Positions 27,867-43,949 of a stretch of 64,000 nucleotides of DNA are shown here, one piece after another. Under the pieces are notes generated by a model. It had not been told where the DNA came from, made no database searches, and was given only the letters and a program-made list of their open reading frames with translations. This DNA comes from Eledone cirrhosa (Eukaryota): contig OZ024743.1 in assembly GCA_964016885.1 (NCBI GenBank), positions 145,204,001 to 145,268,000 on the forward strand, read 5' to 3'. Both the position numbers and the translations under genes were made by a program. Each line of letters starts with the position of its first letter. The first letter of the stretch is position 1.

Positions 27867-29379
27867 TATGTGTGTGTGTGTGCGTGTCTGCGTGCGTGTA
27901 TGTATATATATGTATATATATATATATATATGTATGTATATATGTGTATGTGGGTGTGTGTACACACACAGAGAAAGAGAGAGAGATAGAGAGAGATTAT
28001 GTATACATGTATTGCCTAAACAGATTTCACCATGAAATGAGAACGAAAAGCATTAAATGTTAGTAACAGAGATATAATAAGGAATTGTATATGCCAGTGT
28101 ATTGATGTTATTGAATTTAAATCCCATCCTGGTTTGATTAGAACCTGTAGGTACGAAGCAAAGAACTACGTACTATTAAATTTCTAACAGTGTTTTCGTA
28201 TTAGCTTCACCCATTACATAAACAGTAATTTTTACAGAAGACGTACATACATATATAAAAAAGTTGGTGGGGATCGCATTTACATGGCAACATGAAATGT
28301 ATGAGTCGTGCTTTGATATTATAATTGACGAAACCCGTGTCAGACTTTTGTATTAGCTAAATATATGAGGTAATATTTATATGTATGTATGTATCTATGT
28401 GTATATATATGTATGTAAGCATGTATGCTTGTATGTATGTATGTATGTATGTATGTATGTATGTATGTATGTATGTATGTATGCATTATGTTTGTATGTA
28501 TGTATGTATGTGTGTATGTATGTAATACTACTGTCATGTGAGAAAGTCATGTGAAATATTACCGGAATAAACAAAGTCAACAATAGTAAAAAGCAAACAG
28601 CGAAAACTAATTGTTAAATATTATACTAAGAAGTTTTGTCGTCAAATTGGAAGTGGGTATGGAGACAGATGGAAAGAGGGTGATTGAAAATATAATCGAA
28701 TGAAAATAAACATAAAACTTAGCTTTAATATATTGGGCAAATTTGATGGAGTCCGTATAAATATCTTCAATAGGTTTCATCAATATGGAGAGAACTTGGA
28801 ACATAATAATATTGAATTATTTTCTGAATAAAACTGAAGTAAAGATGAAGCTTAGAGATATTCAGAGAGATGACATTTGACAGAAATTACAATGGATGTA
28901 AGTAGCGTGAACTATGTAAATGTTATTAGAAAGCCATACTCCTGAAAACTCGCTAAAAGCATCGTAAAAGAGTATTGAAAGAGGGAAATGTGTCTAATGG
29001 AAATAGATAGGCTTCTACAAGGAATTATTTGGATATAATTATTCAGATATAATTATAAGCGTATGATGTTGTTAAATCTACACAGTCAGTCGAAGTGTTG
29101 AGGACAGGAAATAGTAGAGATCATGGTGATAGGTTGTTAAAATATGTTTTAAAGATATCCGAGGCACAAAAGCAATAGTTAAGTCAATCATATTTAATTA
29201 GGACATGTCTGGCATTATACTTATGTATTCTTATACAGATAAAATGATAACCTTCATGTGTATTTGGTAAGAATATATAAAGGAAGAAAGAAATATTTAG
29301 AGAAAATTAAGTAGACATTTTTTAGATTAAATGACATTGGTGACAGAGAAAGACATTTATATTAAGCTAGTTTCCTTGA

Positions 29380-29747
<368 letters not shown>

Positions 29748-31009
29748 TACCGACTAGAGAGTGGATTGCACAATCATGGTCGGTAGCTCCCAATTAAAAT
29801 TATATATATATGACTGATCTTGAAATACAGCAAAATTTTAAGAATAAGCATTTTCCCACTTATTAATGCTAAGTCGAGAAGTAAACGAACTATTTTGAGA
29901 AGTAGGATACATTTCTGGGAACTAGAGTTTATTTGAATTTTTAGCCAACGAATCTGTTTATGCATAATAAAACCACACACCTTTGCGCTTTTAAAAAAAA
30001 ATCCAAAGAATACCTGAATAAAGTGAATCCATAGACATACTTATTAAACTTGATTTCTTTTATGGGAAACAAATTAATTAAAATGATTTAATTTGAGCAA
30101 GTAAAATAAAGTTGTGTTTTGCGTCCGTTTGTGTTTATTATTTTATATGCAATTTGTTTCTAAAAAAATAAATAAACTAACACAATTAGTGAAATACGTG
30201 GTGGAATTCAATTTATTGCAATTATTAGAATTTTCTTTCCTGAAATTAAAACAATTTCTTCTTAATAGAAAACAATTGCAGCTCGTTTTAAAAGTCACTA
30301 TATTATCGTCTGGTGATTTCTGATTCAGGGGGAGTTCGAATATTGCTTGATTATGTGAAAAACCAGTATACAGATAGATGCATGGGAATATAAGATAAAT
30401 TGGGTGGACATCCGTGTAGATTCGTATATAAACAACCACCTCACGTTTGCTGTTTGGTAGGTTGTCGTAAAGAAGAGAAACCCAAACTTTAAGTTTTCTT
30501 CATTGGAGAATTAGGAGACGTGAAAACCAGTTTGTAAAAGGATAGTTATTAGAACTGGTGGGCTAGTGGTGTATGTCTGCATCAATCGGGTTGAGGTGTT
30601 TATTGTGAGATGAATTTAAAAATGATGCTTCAGATGGTTATCTTCATCTGATAGTGATGTAGTAGAAGGTGTCAAGGGGTAGAAACTAAATAAGGAGAGG
30701 AGGGTGAGGGTGAATGGAAGATATGGGTGATAACAAGATAGTATATGGGGAAAAAAGCAAATAATAGGATGTATATATATAGTGGTATTTAACGTCAACG
30801 GTCGATAACAAAGGAGAGTTCGGAAGAAAAAGAGAGAATAGGGAATATGAGAAAAGTAATATAACAAGGGAGATATAAACCAGAGGTTCATAAAGGAATG
30901 ACGTTCATTCAGTTTAACTAGGGCAAAAGTAAAATTGGAGTATCATTTTAATTTCTCCTCGTAATTTTGTAAAAAAAAAGTCTTAACTTTTATTATAATA
31001 CAAAATAGG

Positions 31010-31790
31010 GAGGAGTGCATCCCGCCTGATGAAGGAGTCCCACGAGGTAGGGTGGGTGATGGCATTGGCTGTTCTCTGTGGTAGCGCCTTTTGTCCGCAA
31101 GACGCAGATGAGATACACCCCACTGACTGGTGAGTACAGTCTGCCGTTTCCCATTACTTTCGATATTTAAATGTATTCTCTTTCTTTTTCATACATAAAT
31201 ACAACACACTTAAAATTATCAATTTTATTTGATTTTTTTTATTTCGTACTGTTGTGGTTTTCACCTTATCCAGTGAATGGAAATTATATAATAGCCACGT
31301 ATATAATGCGATCACTGAAGCTTGGATGCTGCAGGCTTCTCCTCCCGTGTCAAGCCGGCGGGGCTGGACCGAGGGGACGGCAAAAACCCAGACGGCATGA
31401 CCATCTTCCCGTTCCGCGATGGTAAACTCCTCATCCTCATCTAGGATGCCACATGCAGCGACACTTTCTCCAGCGGCAATCTGGTGCAATCTGTGACTAA
31501 CCCAGGCTCTGCTGCACTTCGGGCCGAGGAGAAAAAAAACTCTCCAAATATCGGTCGCTCTCCGGCAGGTTTGCGGTCGAGCAGTGGAGACTTCTGGTGT
31601 CCTTGTCCCTAGGACCACCTCCCTACTCACCACCAGAGTTGGCTACCCACATGTGTCAGCCTCACGAGATGGACTGGCTCTTCCAACGCCTCTCCCTCAC
31701 CGTCCCCCGGAGAAACGACTGCTCTATTATGTCCGCCGGGGCCCCCGTTTGCTTATAGTAGTGAGAGATGGGGAGAGCGGGAGGCAATGA
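31010..31790 (-). mobile_element. GC-rich relic, possibly the 5' end/ORF1 of a LINE, interrupted by an AT-rich insert
   Basis: Abrupt GC-rich island with a broken minus ORF; no diagnostic motif recognised. Confidence 0.3.
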
Positions 31791-32050
31791 CAATAGGAAT
31801 TTGATTTTATTATGTTCAGTCCTTGTTAGCAATGGTTATAAAAGTATATATATACTTATCAAACATTGTATGTCTAATTAGGTGATAACACGGTTGCAGT
31901 CCAGTGTCTTTTTATAGTATCACCATGTTACCGTATTATTGGGTATTTCTGAAAAATCCAGTGACATTTATTCTACGGTGGTTGAGTTATGAAGCAATAT
32001 TGTTAGTTTGATAACTCAACCACCGTATAACGGTTTGTTTGGTACACACA

Positions 32051-32054
<4 letters not shown>

Positions 32055-32114
<60 letters not shown>

Positions 32115-32425
32115 TTTCCCCCCCTCTCTCTCTCTGCCTCTCTCTTTCCCTGCATCTCTTTCCCTGTATCTCTCTCTCACTGCCTCTCTCTTTCCCTGTC
32201 TCTCTGTCTCTCTTCTCTCCCTTCTCCTCACGTTCTCTTTCTTCTTTTCTTTCTTTTTCTACTCTCTTTTCTCTTCTTTTCTTTCACTCTCTTTTCTCTA
32301 CCTATCTCCCTTCTTCGCTCTCTTCCTCCTCTCTCCCTTTTCTCTCCATTTCGCCTCTCTCTCTCTCTCTCTCTCTCTCCCTCTCTCTCTCTCTCTATCT
32401 ATCTATCTCACTCTTTCTCTCTCTT
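32055..32425. repeat. (CT)n-rich low-complexity tract
   Basis: Seen directly. Confidence 0.93.
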
Positions 32426-33389
32426 TAAATTTATATGAGACATGAGTAAATTCCCACTTTCTGCTTTAGTTTCCATTCAGCTATGTTGCTGATGATAAAG
32501 GGGTGAATATCACGCAATCTCACTTTTTTCTCTAAATTTGGAACCTACTGTAAGAAATCAATATTTTCTGTAGTAAGCTATCAGTTATTTAACAGGCGAA
32601 AACAATGAAATAATCATAGCTAATCATTTGTTTTCACTAGAAAAGAAAAAGTTTTCATTTTTTTTTTTTTTTTTTTTTTTCAGAATTAAACGGAAACAAA
32701 AATCAGATAATACTAGCGAATATCAATTCCTATTAAATTGAATTTGTAGGAATAAACTTCAAATTTATCATTTAGAATAAAATTCGTTTTAATTACAATG
32801 AAATCAAATTATTTTCCTCAGAACTAAATTATAATTTGTCGCCTTTACACAGATGCTTATATTTAATTTGTTTTATTTTCTATCTATATATTATACTTTT
32901 GTTTACATGCTGTTTTAGTAATTAGATTGTAAGAGAATCATCAAAACAGCATGTGAATAGTCGTAAGCTCCAACTTATATTTTGGAATTTATGAATATGT
33001 TGATATATGTTAAAGAGTGTATTTCATTGTTTACCGGGCGTTGAGAGTTTTAAAGAACACGTTTTATTACCATTGTTATCGTGTCCATCTGTTAAAAGCA
33101 ATTAAGCAGACATTGCTTCTTAGTTACTAAATTTTTATTTGGATAATTAATTCTAATAAATTATTCAAGTCGTTTCACTCGTAATTGCTACCATTGTTTG
33201 AAAATGTTCGATCATTCTTTTCTTATCAGATGAATTTGCATTGCTATTCCTAATTTTTCAATTGTCACAAAATCACAAAATTCTGCACTTAAAGTTAATA
33301 CTTAAACATTAGGCATGTTGTTAAAACACTTACATGAGAAATGTGCTTATACTACTTTTTAGTCTAAACGATCATAACTGAAGTAACTA

Positions 33390-34610
33390 CGAGGGTAGAC
33401 TAAAAGGTCCTTATGCTGACTGTGAAGGAATGATGCTAGAGCAGTGAAATCTTGCATGCATTAATTTCAAGTCTTCTGAATTATAACGGCATTGTTTCTT
33501 TCTAGGTAAACTGACATCTGACTGTTCAAAGAAAACTTCAAAAGTAACTAGTCGCCACTTCTCCAAAGTTTGGCATCGTGGTGTTATCAAGTACCTGCAG
33601 AAAAAGGGTTTAGCTCACTAGGGTATCCATGTTCACATGGTTGCTACATTAGGGGATGACGCTCCAATTTTATCAAAAGTGCAAAAGTAGGCAGCTGAAT
33701 TAGCTGAATTTAGGAGGGCAAGGAAGAGTCTTGAAGATGACCCAAGGTTTGGATGTCCTGCAACTGTTACCGCCGAGGAAAACATTACTCTTGTTCACCA
33801 CATAACGATGGATGACAAGCGAATGACTATGAATGAATTAGCCAATGCCTTCAGCATATCCTGTGAGAAAATTGATAATGTTCTGCACAATGAACTTGGC
33901 ATGACGAAGGTTTCTGCTCGGTGGGTGCCACGTCTTCTGACAACCGATCAAAAGCGCACCAGACTGATCACATCACGGGAAAATTTGACATGGTTTGAGT
34001 CAGATCCAACTGGTTTCCATGAACATTTCCTAACCCAGTATGAGTGTTGGGTTCATCCCTTTGATTCAAAGACAATGAGACAATCGATGCAGTGGAAACA
34101 CTTCTCCTCACATGTCCCAAATAAGGTCAATGTCGTTTTATCTACAGAAAAGTTGATGGCCTCAGTTTTGGGGGATGCAAGAGGTATTGTGTTTATTGAC
34201 TATCTTCAAAAGGACCACACCATCAATGGAGAGTAATATGCCAACTTGCTAACGCAGTTATGGAAGGCTATCAAAACCAAACGCCCAGGAAAACTGACAA
34301 AGCGGGGGGGGGTCTTGTTTCATCAGGACAATGCTCCATCACACAAGTCTGATTTGGCCCTATCTGACTATCATCTGTTCCCTATCATGAAAGAGCACTT
34401 GACTGTGAAACAGTATTACAGTGATGATGACGTCATATCTACTGTTTTTTACCAACAGGGTGAAAGCTTCTTCACCAATGGGATCCAAGCACTTCAACAC
34501 CAACAGAAGTGTGTGGACCGTACGGGGGCCTTTGTTGAAAAGTGAACCATATTTGGTCACATTCAATGAGATTATCTTGGTCATCCTATAAACTTTTCAG
34601 TCGATCCTCG
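33390..34610 (+). mobile_element. Near full-length decayed mariner transposon
   Basis: Degenerate TIRs CGAGGGTAGACTAAAAGGT / ACTTTTCAGTCGATCCTCG. Transposase KVSARWVPRLL, ECWVH, IVFIDYL, FHQDNAPSH, DLALSDYHLF, with stops. Confidence 0.9.
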
Positions 34611-36989
34611 CAAGCATTCATGTTTTTTTCCTTTATCCCTATTTCATTTTTATTTTTCTGATAAATTTATGCAGTATTTAGGAAGCATGCTTCGCAGTAT
34701 AGGATGTAGATCCAATACTTATAATGCTAAGATGCAATCATTGTCGTTCAGACAGCAAGCAGAACCACATGGTTAAGAATTTCTTTTCGCAGTCACAGAA
34801 TTCTTGCTTCGATCAACAGCGCAGCACATTGAGTGTTTTTCACTATAGTCTTCGGTCGACCTAAATCATGTGAATGAAATTCGGTAAACGGAAATTACGA
34901 AAATACATCGGATGGGCTGTATATATTTTAGAATGCTATACATAATCTGCCATTCAATTTTAAATTACCATCTGGACTTTCGGAGCCCTTTAATAGAGTC
35001 CACACTTCTTTCTTTTCTCCTACCAATCTCAGAGACCCAGCAAAGTGCTATAAACGCTTTCCTTTCTCCTCTATCAATTAAGCCATAAAATGTCTAAATG
35101 ATTAAAATTATCAAAATATCACTCAAATGAATATATAATGAAATCTTTTAATGGGAAAATATAGTTATTGTATGATTTACTGAGAGAATTGTCAAAATGG
35201 TAAAACCTGATGTATTATAAATTGTAACAAACAACCATTGCATATTTCTAAGTAGGGACAGAATCACAGACAGAACCTGCGAAAATGTGGTTACGTTGAC
35301 ACTAACATATGTCATATAATGACATCTTAATTAATTTAAGTTACATTCCTAGTGGTGAGAAAAAGCCATTCTATTCTTTAAATGATTAATTCTGCACAAG
35401 AAATGGGAAGGTGTCAGATCTAAATTTAAACACCGTCAAAATCAGACTCACTCTCCACTACATTCTTTATTTAATAACTTTTAATTAATTTAAATTACAG
35501 GTTGCCACCCTTGCCCTCTTGGTCAGAATCATTCATTTAGTTTCAAGACTTTTTCTCATCAATAAATGGGAAATTATAATTAATTATAATTAATTGCTTA
35601 GCTCATTATATGATGTATGTTAGTCCCCACTTTACCGTACATTTTTCATGCGGCAGATGTCCTTAAGTATGTTTCCTCGCCTTCTTTTGACAGGAATGTC
35701 AAAACTTCATATATTAATAGGTTTAAATTATTTCCTGAGCGTGCTTCAATCTGAGATCTGTATACAATTTCTCGTATCATAGCTCCCCAGATTAGATTAT
35801 GTTGTAGATGCAGGCAACTTGGAATCAGTTTCCTTATTGGAAAGCAATCGTTAATTGTCACAGCTCACTCTAAATAGTGACACTCTAATTGCTATGGCTC
35901 GCTCTATAAATATGTCTAATTTCTCTGTCTATAGCGTTCCTTGTGCTCATGCAAATCAATCCAAACTATTGTTATGCCAACATTTATCTTGTTGTTGATA
36001 CAGTGACAAAATTATAATTTATTGTGATTGGTATTGTTAATATTGTTATATACAGGGCAGTGAAGGCGGTATAACAGCAAGAAAAATCTTTTGTGCTTTT
36101 TGGTTTCGTTTCGTTATAGTTCAAATAGTGCTGATGCTAACTTAACCTTCCAAGAACGATAAAATAAAGAACCTCTCACTTGATGATCTCAATTTCATTG
36201 ACTGTTCTCTTCTCTTGCTATTTGAAACCTTATGCTTATATTAGAATTAATATTTTTCTCGGTAGTCTTAGGTTTTAATGTATGCTTTCACTGCCCTACT
36301 GAGGGAAGCTGCTTTTGTTTTTCAATATGTGTTTTTCAAAAGGCTTTTGTTTTTATTTTGCATTTTCCATTATATCAACAGTGTATGCAATGTGTGTGTA
36401 ATGCCTAGTAGTGAAATTTTCTCTATGCTGTGTATGGGTTAATTTTTTTGCTTTGTTTTGTATTTGTTTGCAGGTTATAAAATCTATTATAATGGTTTCT
36501 AATTTTGAGTCAAAGCCAGCAATTTTGTCGAGAAGGGAAAGTCAATTAAATCGCTCCTGTTACTTAACTGAGAATTTATTTTATCAGCTCTAGGAGAATG
36601 AAAGGCAAAGTTGACCTCAGTGGGATTTGAAAACAGAATGTAAAGCGTCAGAACAAATACCGTATTTAGTTTGGATTTTAAAATCTTAATATTCTTTAGT
36701 CTAAATTAAAAGATTTTCCTAATTCTACTGGAATATTATTTTCTGAGAGTTGAAGACCTTCTGAATTCTACAGAAATATTCTTTATTGATCATTATTATG
36801 TCCTCTTTCTCAGGCTGTTCTTTTTCCGCATTATTAAACCAAGAGAACTGGTCATAACTAATGACCTAGAAACTCTTGGCTGCTTTTCCCTGGGGTTTAT
36901 GTTTTCATCTCCCTTCTCAAAATTATAACTGTTCCTAGGAATGTCATTTTCTGGAAAAATACTATCTTTACCTGGATCCCAAGTTTTTC

Positions 36990-38170
36990 TAAGTTCTTTA
37001 TCACACAAATAAGATCATCTATCACTATTAGTATGACCTCAACCTTTCTCATGTTTCTTATTCTTTGTACTTCAATTCTAAGTATTTATAAGCTTTCTCT
37101 ATTTCTTTTGGGAGGATCCTCTCATTTACGGGAATGGTGACAACAATGATTTGAAATATCCTCTCTCATTTCCTATCACAACTATGTACAATCTCTTTGC
37201 TGTTATAATATTATCACACTGTATAGTCATTTCCCATAATACTTTTACATCATCATTCTCAACTACTCCCTGTGGTTGATGTTCATAACACAGTTCATTT
37301 CGTTCCAGATAATACTTCCGAATGATAATCTCAGCAACTGTATTGTGTCTTCTCTTGTATTCCTTTTGGGCTAATTTGTGGCATTCACTAATGATGTGAC
37401 ACACACTCAGTCTTTTCACCACATAGTCTACATAGAGGTAAATTTACAGTTTTATTTATTTGTTTTTTTTATTTCTTGCTCTTGAACATAGAAAATTAGA
37501 GCTTCAGTTATTGTTTTGAGGTCAGATTTCCTTAGCCAGTCCCAAGACCTCTCTTTATGGTTTGTGTCTAGAATTTCTCTCACAAATTAATCATACATTA
37601 TTGTTCCTTTCCATTTAGCCATCTTTTCATTTTCCTTTTCCAACTTATTTTTTACTGCTTTTAACAGTAATTCTTCCGAATTCCTGATATAACAAGCAAG
37701 GTTATTCTCTTCAGTCCTCACGCATTCCTCACACGCTATTAACCCTCTTCGCATTTTGTTCCTTGTTACATATATTCTGCCTAAATCGCTTTTAGGGTGG
37801 AGTACTCCATAAATAGTCATCAATGTCCTCATATTTCTATCAAGGCATTTTAGTTCATCTAGTAGCCATTTCACAATTCTCGCACTATTTCTCAACACTG
37901 CTAATGCCAATGATTAGTCATGTTTTATTAGGTGATGTCATTGCATTGCTGAGCGCAGTTCTTAGTAGTATGGAATTTAGTAGTGTTGTTTCTATTGTAT
38001 TGAGAATATTCTTCGTAATATGTGTACAGTACCTAGTGATGCTATTTTATATGGGGTATATATTTGTAGGTTTCATTCGAGTTATTTCTAAATCCAGATA
38101 TTTATATTTAGATAATTTCTCCGTTTCTTTGCGGGATATATTATCGTGCGTGGGAACTAATATGTAAATT
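36990..38170 (-). pseudogene. Old R4/Dong-like RLE LINE 3' fragment
   Basis: LHPKSDLGRIYVTR...GLI; HIISECHKLAQKEYKRRHN; VVENDDVKVLWE..IQCDN...R..IVVI. Confidence 0.78.
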
Positions 38171-38269
38171 AGAAGGCATTTTTTCTGTGTTGTCTTTCAC
38201 TATAATATCTGGTCAGTTGGTTTTGAGCTCCCTGTCTGTGGTTGTACACCATTTTCTGGTGTATATTTG

Positions 38270-38472
38270 TGTGTTTGTGGTGGTGGTGGTGTTTGTGGTG
38301 GTGGTGTTGGTGTTTGTGGTAGTGTTGGTGTTTGTGGTGGTGGTGGTGGTGGTGTTTGTGGTGGTGGTGTTAATGTTGGTGTTGGTATTTGTGGTGGTGG
38401 TGTTGGTGTTTGTGCTGGTGGTGGTGTTAGTGGTTGTGGTGGTGGTAGTAGTGATGGTGGTGGTGTTGGTAG
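38270..38472. repeat. (GGT)/(GTT)-type degenerate triplet repeat
   Basis: Seen directly. Confidence 0.9.
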
Positions 38473-40143
38473 CTGAAGAGCAGCAGCAGTAGAGGTTGCA
38501 GTAGTAGTGCAATGCATCGGCTATCATTGTTAAATATATATTTTAGCTAATAACAACATAGTTTTCTTTGAACTACACATAGATGATAAACTAACTTTGA
38601 TGTGCTTAGCCTTAGTGTAATGGAGTCATGTTTGAAATTAATTCTTTTTCCCTATTTATCAGAAGACGGAAATACACGAATCTCGTCTTTTAATATCACT
38701 TTGCCATTCGAAATTGCACCTTTGCTGATGCTTTGCTAAAGGAAACATCGGCATTTTCAAAAGATAGACGAAAATTGAAATAGTTTAATGCATTAGTAAG
38801 GTACATTGATTATTTCTATATATTCCATTTTGATGGAATATTTCCCAGCCCACCTGGTGTGTTATAGTAAATTATAAGTAGATGTTTTGAATAACACTGT
38901 TAAATATATTATATTATTATTTGGCTTTCCCTGGGAAAAGTGTCTATAAATTTTGTTGTAGGCGAAAATGTCATTTACTGATGCATAACAGTAAAACATT
39001 TAGTATTGCCCAAATGAATAAACGTAGTGAAAATAAATCATGTCAGCAATTCTCTATATAAGAGAAAATGGAGTGAACGGGGGATTAAAATGCATAGTAA
39101 GAACCCATGCAAGTTATTAAATAAATGGGAGGATTTAAAGTGAGTGTTTTGGGCGAGATCAAAAAAATTTCAATAAGCTCTTGTTTGACTACAGTTCAGC
39201 CATAATCCAAAGAAAAAAGTTAGTTGTATTACTTAATGCCTCCAAGATTTTGATTATTTGAATGTCATAGACAATATTGTTTATTTAAAATATGACAAAT
39301 AGAAAGAAAACTTCTTTTAGTTATATTATTATTGCCTGACATTAATGAGCTCATTAAACAATTTATTAATATAGTAGTAAAGTGAACATTATTTTATATC
39401 AAATTTGATATAATATCAAATCTTATATTATATCAAATTTGACACTGACTGAATAACTTATAAACAATTAAATATTTAATAAATGGAAATGGATGATTCT
39501 TTTCCAGAATATTAAAACAATATTCTACTCCTTCGTCGTCGTCATCAACATCATCATTTTCTTCGTGTGTTTTTTTCAAGAAAAAGAAGATGGTGGTGGT
39601 GGTGGTGGTGGTGGTGGTGGTGATGATGATGATTATGAGGAGGTGGAGGGGGAGGAGGACGATAGGAGGACTTTGTTAGTGTTGAAATAACCGCTTGATT
39701 TGCATCAGTCGTCCCTTAATATAATTATTTCCAAACGCCGTATTAAAAACTGAAAGGAATTGCTGAAAGGACAATTGGGCTACTGTGGTTAAAATCCACA
39801 CTGTTAATAATTTGTGTTTGTGTTTCAACGGTCCAATGCTTCCCTTATTTCCGTAAAATCTCAGTAATGAATACTGAAAGTCCTAATGAATCTCGACGCC
39901 ATTTTATTGACGTAAAGTATGCCTAGTGGGATGACTGCCTCCTTCCCATCATTCTTTCGGGAGAATTATTTTGCAGTCTTCGACAATTAAACAGCGGAGT
40001 ACTGTCTGATATCATCATTGTATCATTACATTAGACATGGGATCAAGCGAAGTTTATAACAACCAGAAAGACTACATCAACATGAATAAACAAATAAATA
40101 AATAAGAAAGAAAAAGAATGAATAAAAGAAAGAAAGAAATGAA

Positions 40144-40197
<54 letters not shown>

Positions 40198-43100
40198 AGG
40201 AAAGGGAGGAAGGAAGACACAAGCAAACGAAGATAGAAACTATGATAGAAATAAAAACAAATTTTTGCAAGTTGCAGCCGGCTTTGACGTCATAAAAGAA
40301 GCCTTTACTCGAACATGCGCAGACCTAATTAGACACACAATTACAGTTTCACCCACACAAGTATAAAATAGTCACTCACTGATGCAAAAAATACACTAAC
40401 ACACTTTATAGATAATCACACAAACTTACAATTCACACATGCACACATTTTCGTATACGCAATAAATCTTTTGATATCAAAAAGCATTATTAATTCTATT
40501 GGATAGACATAGGGTCAATTTTGTATAGTTGATTGAATTTACCTGATAAAAGGCGAGTCTGTGATCGAATCGGTAACGTGTCTGACAAAAATCTGAGGAT
40601 ATTTGATTATGTCTTCTTACATTCTGAGTTCAAAACCCACTAAGGTTTTTCATTCTTATGATGTCGGTAAAATTAATAGTTCCAGCATTCCAATGGCTTG
40701 GAACCCGTAATAAAATTTAACTGCTACCTATTTTATCGGCCTCAGAGAAATTTAAGAAAATGTTAACTCTGGCTGGACTCAAAAGAGTGACAATAAAATA
40801 AATATTGTTAATGAATCGCAATCAACACCATATGATCTCAGTCTACTATGTCAATGACGATGCGTATATTACTTTCTAAAAATAATGGTTTTTAACTTAT
40901 AACTTACATAACACGAAGTTTGGAGGGTGAAATGTAGTCGTTTACATCGATCTCCAGTAATTGACGAGTATTTATTTTATCCAAGGAGGGCGGAGATGGT
41001 CACATCTAGAATGAATTTAGACATAGGTCTGCCCGATCAGAGTCGTCCCGTGGCTAAATAATTCAAACCATGAAAGATGAAACGCAAAGTGAGCTTTAGC
41101 GAGATTTGAATTCAAAATGTAAAGATAGCTAACTGACTATCTCAATGGATTTTGCACTTTGCTCTACTTATTCTCCCATCACTTATAACTTAATTTTCTT
41201 GAATAATAATAAATCCTCAAAAAAAAAGGACTGATGACCAATAGTTTTTGTGTTCACATTTTCCCTAATATGATCAATGTAGTACAATAATTCCAAGCAT
41301 TATGATATATAAAGTCATAATATTTCAATATTATGACTTTAAATCCTGCTGGGATCAATATTGCCCGAGCTGGGTTGTTAGGATGCTAAAATGCAAGTCA
41401 ATTGGAAGTAGATCGTGTTCTTGTCAGATGGTGTGCCCCTGAATAAAGAACTCAATTAGTTCATTTATTGGAAATCATTAGTATAGCAATGAATATATTC
41501 GAGATAGACTTGTCACTTCTTATACATGATGGAAGTATCATAAACTATTGGTTGTGATCACCAGTTTTCCTATAAGAACCTAATAATTTTGTTTAACTAG
41601 AAATTCTGACTAATCAAATCTAGAGTTTCCAATTTCCGTTTAAAAAAAGAACATATGTAAACAATTTTTTTCTATTGTATATTGTATATTGGTTTTGTTT
41701 TTACGATGTAGACGTCTCCTGGTATATAAAAGGGGATGAATTAAATGTTATAGTGTTCAAGACGTTTCTAAGAACATTATTGATGTGGAAAAATTTCAAA
41801 TGAATTAAACAAAAATACACTGGCACAAACTTCGCCTGGCATTATTTTATTTGTTGTGTGGCCTTCACAACTTTGTTATTCGTTTTTCAAATTTAAAGTG
41901 CTTGTAAGCCTATATATTATATTCCTTATCTCCAAATGATACTCACATTCAATATTCCTATTGATTATTCAGAATAATGAGCGGAAGTAATCCTGTTTGA
42001 TCTAAGCCCCTTGCCAAATCTCTAAGATAGTGTGTCTCTTTACATAGAAATGAATAAACGCATTGTCTTATTTCATCATTTAAATTATTCGATGCTTACT
42101 TGGTTTTGTTTCATTTCATTTATATCCTTTTCAGACCACATAAACTACTTCACATTAACTTTGATACATCTTGCTAATAACAACCACTTCGTAGTTGTCT
42201 TAGTTTCATTTTTCTCTATTAATTGTATTCGATTATAAAATCTTTTGAATTTCGATCTATTATACAAATACGTGTATTTCTCATTTTAAGTAATCTAGCA
42301 ACAGCACATTACACCTTTATGTCAGGTGAATTTATGGAAGGACTAAAGCCGTTTTAATCAATACAAAGAAATCAGTTGTTGCTGGGAGAAGCTTAATTGA
42401 TTATAGATTAACAAACAGAGTATCATAAATGTGACGTGTTTGTGCTAGATGTTCAAAAAGAACTGTCATCAACGTTTGTTTAGTTCACTAGCAGAAGTTC
42501 TGGCCATCTCAACAGAGACCTCATTATGCATGTCCAATGTAGCTTTCAAGGACTATTTTCTATAAAATCCACATATTTACTTGATCTAAACTGGAAATGT
42601 TATAGATTGCCGTAAACTTAGAAACAATATTTCGAGGAGACCACCTCACGATGTTTTACAGACTGAAACTATACTTCTTTACATAGGCTACCAATTCCCT
42701 CAATTGGGAAATGTATGAACGTCATACTCCTCACTTTCAAATCGCTTCGAATGTGTGGTTCTGTGCTTTTGTTAGAAATCAATATCATCTGATTATCTCA
42801 CGGTGGCCAACTTCGACTTTCATCTTTTTAGGATTGAGAAAATAAAGTACCAGTAAAGTACTGGGTTTTATAATTAACAAAACCCTTCCACCCTAATCTA
42901 AGACCTTGTCCTTTGGTTTGAAACCAATATTATGTTTTAGAGCGCTAGACTGTCAGAATCATTATAGATTCTTCTTTTCTTACGTCCACATATTCCTGAG
43001 AGGGACATAGAGTCAGAGTCCTCAGACACGCCTTTATGAAAGTTATCCAACCATCTTTCTTGTGGTCTACCTCTAAGTCTCCTGTGGTTTGCCTTGCTCG

Positions 43101-43773
43101 TAAGATCTGTCAAATTAATCTTTCATTAGACATTCGAACCACTTGAACTGTGATCTCTCGATGTGGAGAAGTATTGACCCTACCTGGAGCGACTCCCTGA
43201 TCTTTGAGCTACGCACTCTATCGAGTAATGTTACACATGCGACTCTTCGGTGGAATACCATTCTGGCTACTTGTATTCGCAATCATATTCTTTCTATCAA
43301 TACCCAAGATTCATGACCATAGCGTTGCGTCAATAAGTTGAAGCACTTAGTTACAGCTTTTTTTTACATTCTGAAATCCTACCGAAGTCAATCTTGCCAT
43401 TTACACTTTTGCGAACAATACAATAAAATAACACTCAACTATTATGATTAATATAAATGACTATACTCGCTCAAACGTTTTCAGATAGAATAGAATATGT
43501 TTGCCCGATTTTGTTTGTAGTAGGGTGATTTATAAAACAAATAGTGATCTCTTGCTGAGCTGTAACTGCGAAGCACTTTCCATTCCTAGTTGAAGCTAAC
43601 TAACTTTGAATAAAGTATGAATGTTACAACTTTTCAATTACCCTGTACAGAGTCCACCATGAGCTTATAAAGAAGTAGTAGCCCAATTTCAGACAGATAT
43701 AGTAGCTCAATTTCCTCCTCAAATCGCATCCTTCTCACTTGAAAATGGTAATAACATATTGGATGCACTATCC

Positions 43774-43949
43774 AGAAGAAGAAGAAGAAGAAGAAGAAGA
43801 AGAAGAAGAAGAAGAAGAAGAAGAAGAAGAAGAAGAAGAAGAAGAAGAAGAAGAAGAAGAAGAAGAAGAAGAAGAAGAAGAAGAAGAAGAAGAAGAAGAA
43901 GAAGAAGAAGAAGAAGAAGAAGAAGAAGAAGAAGAAGAAGAAGAAGAAG
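43774..43949. repeat. Pure (GAA)n tract, ~58 units
   Basis: Seen directly. Confidence 0.97.

Noticed and set aside
38187-38527. Mucin-like or Gly/Pro-rich ORFs
   Set aside because: Degenerate GGT/GTT repeat that is open in most frames.
41310-41341. 15 bp-arm AT-rich palindrome
   Set aside because: Isolated, short and low in complexity, with no supporting context.
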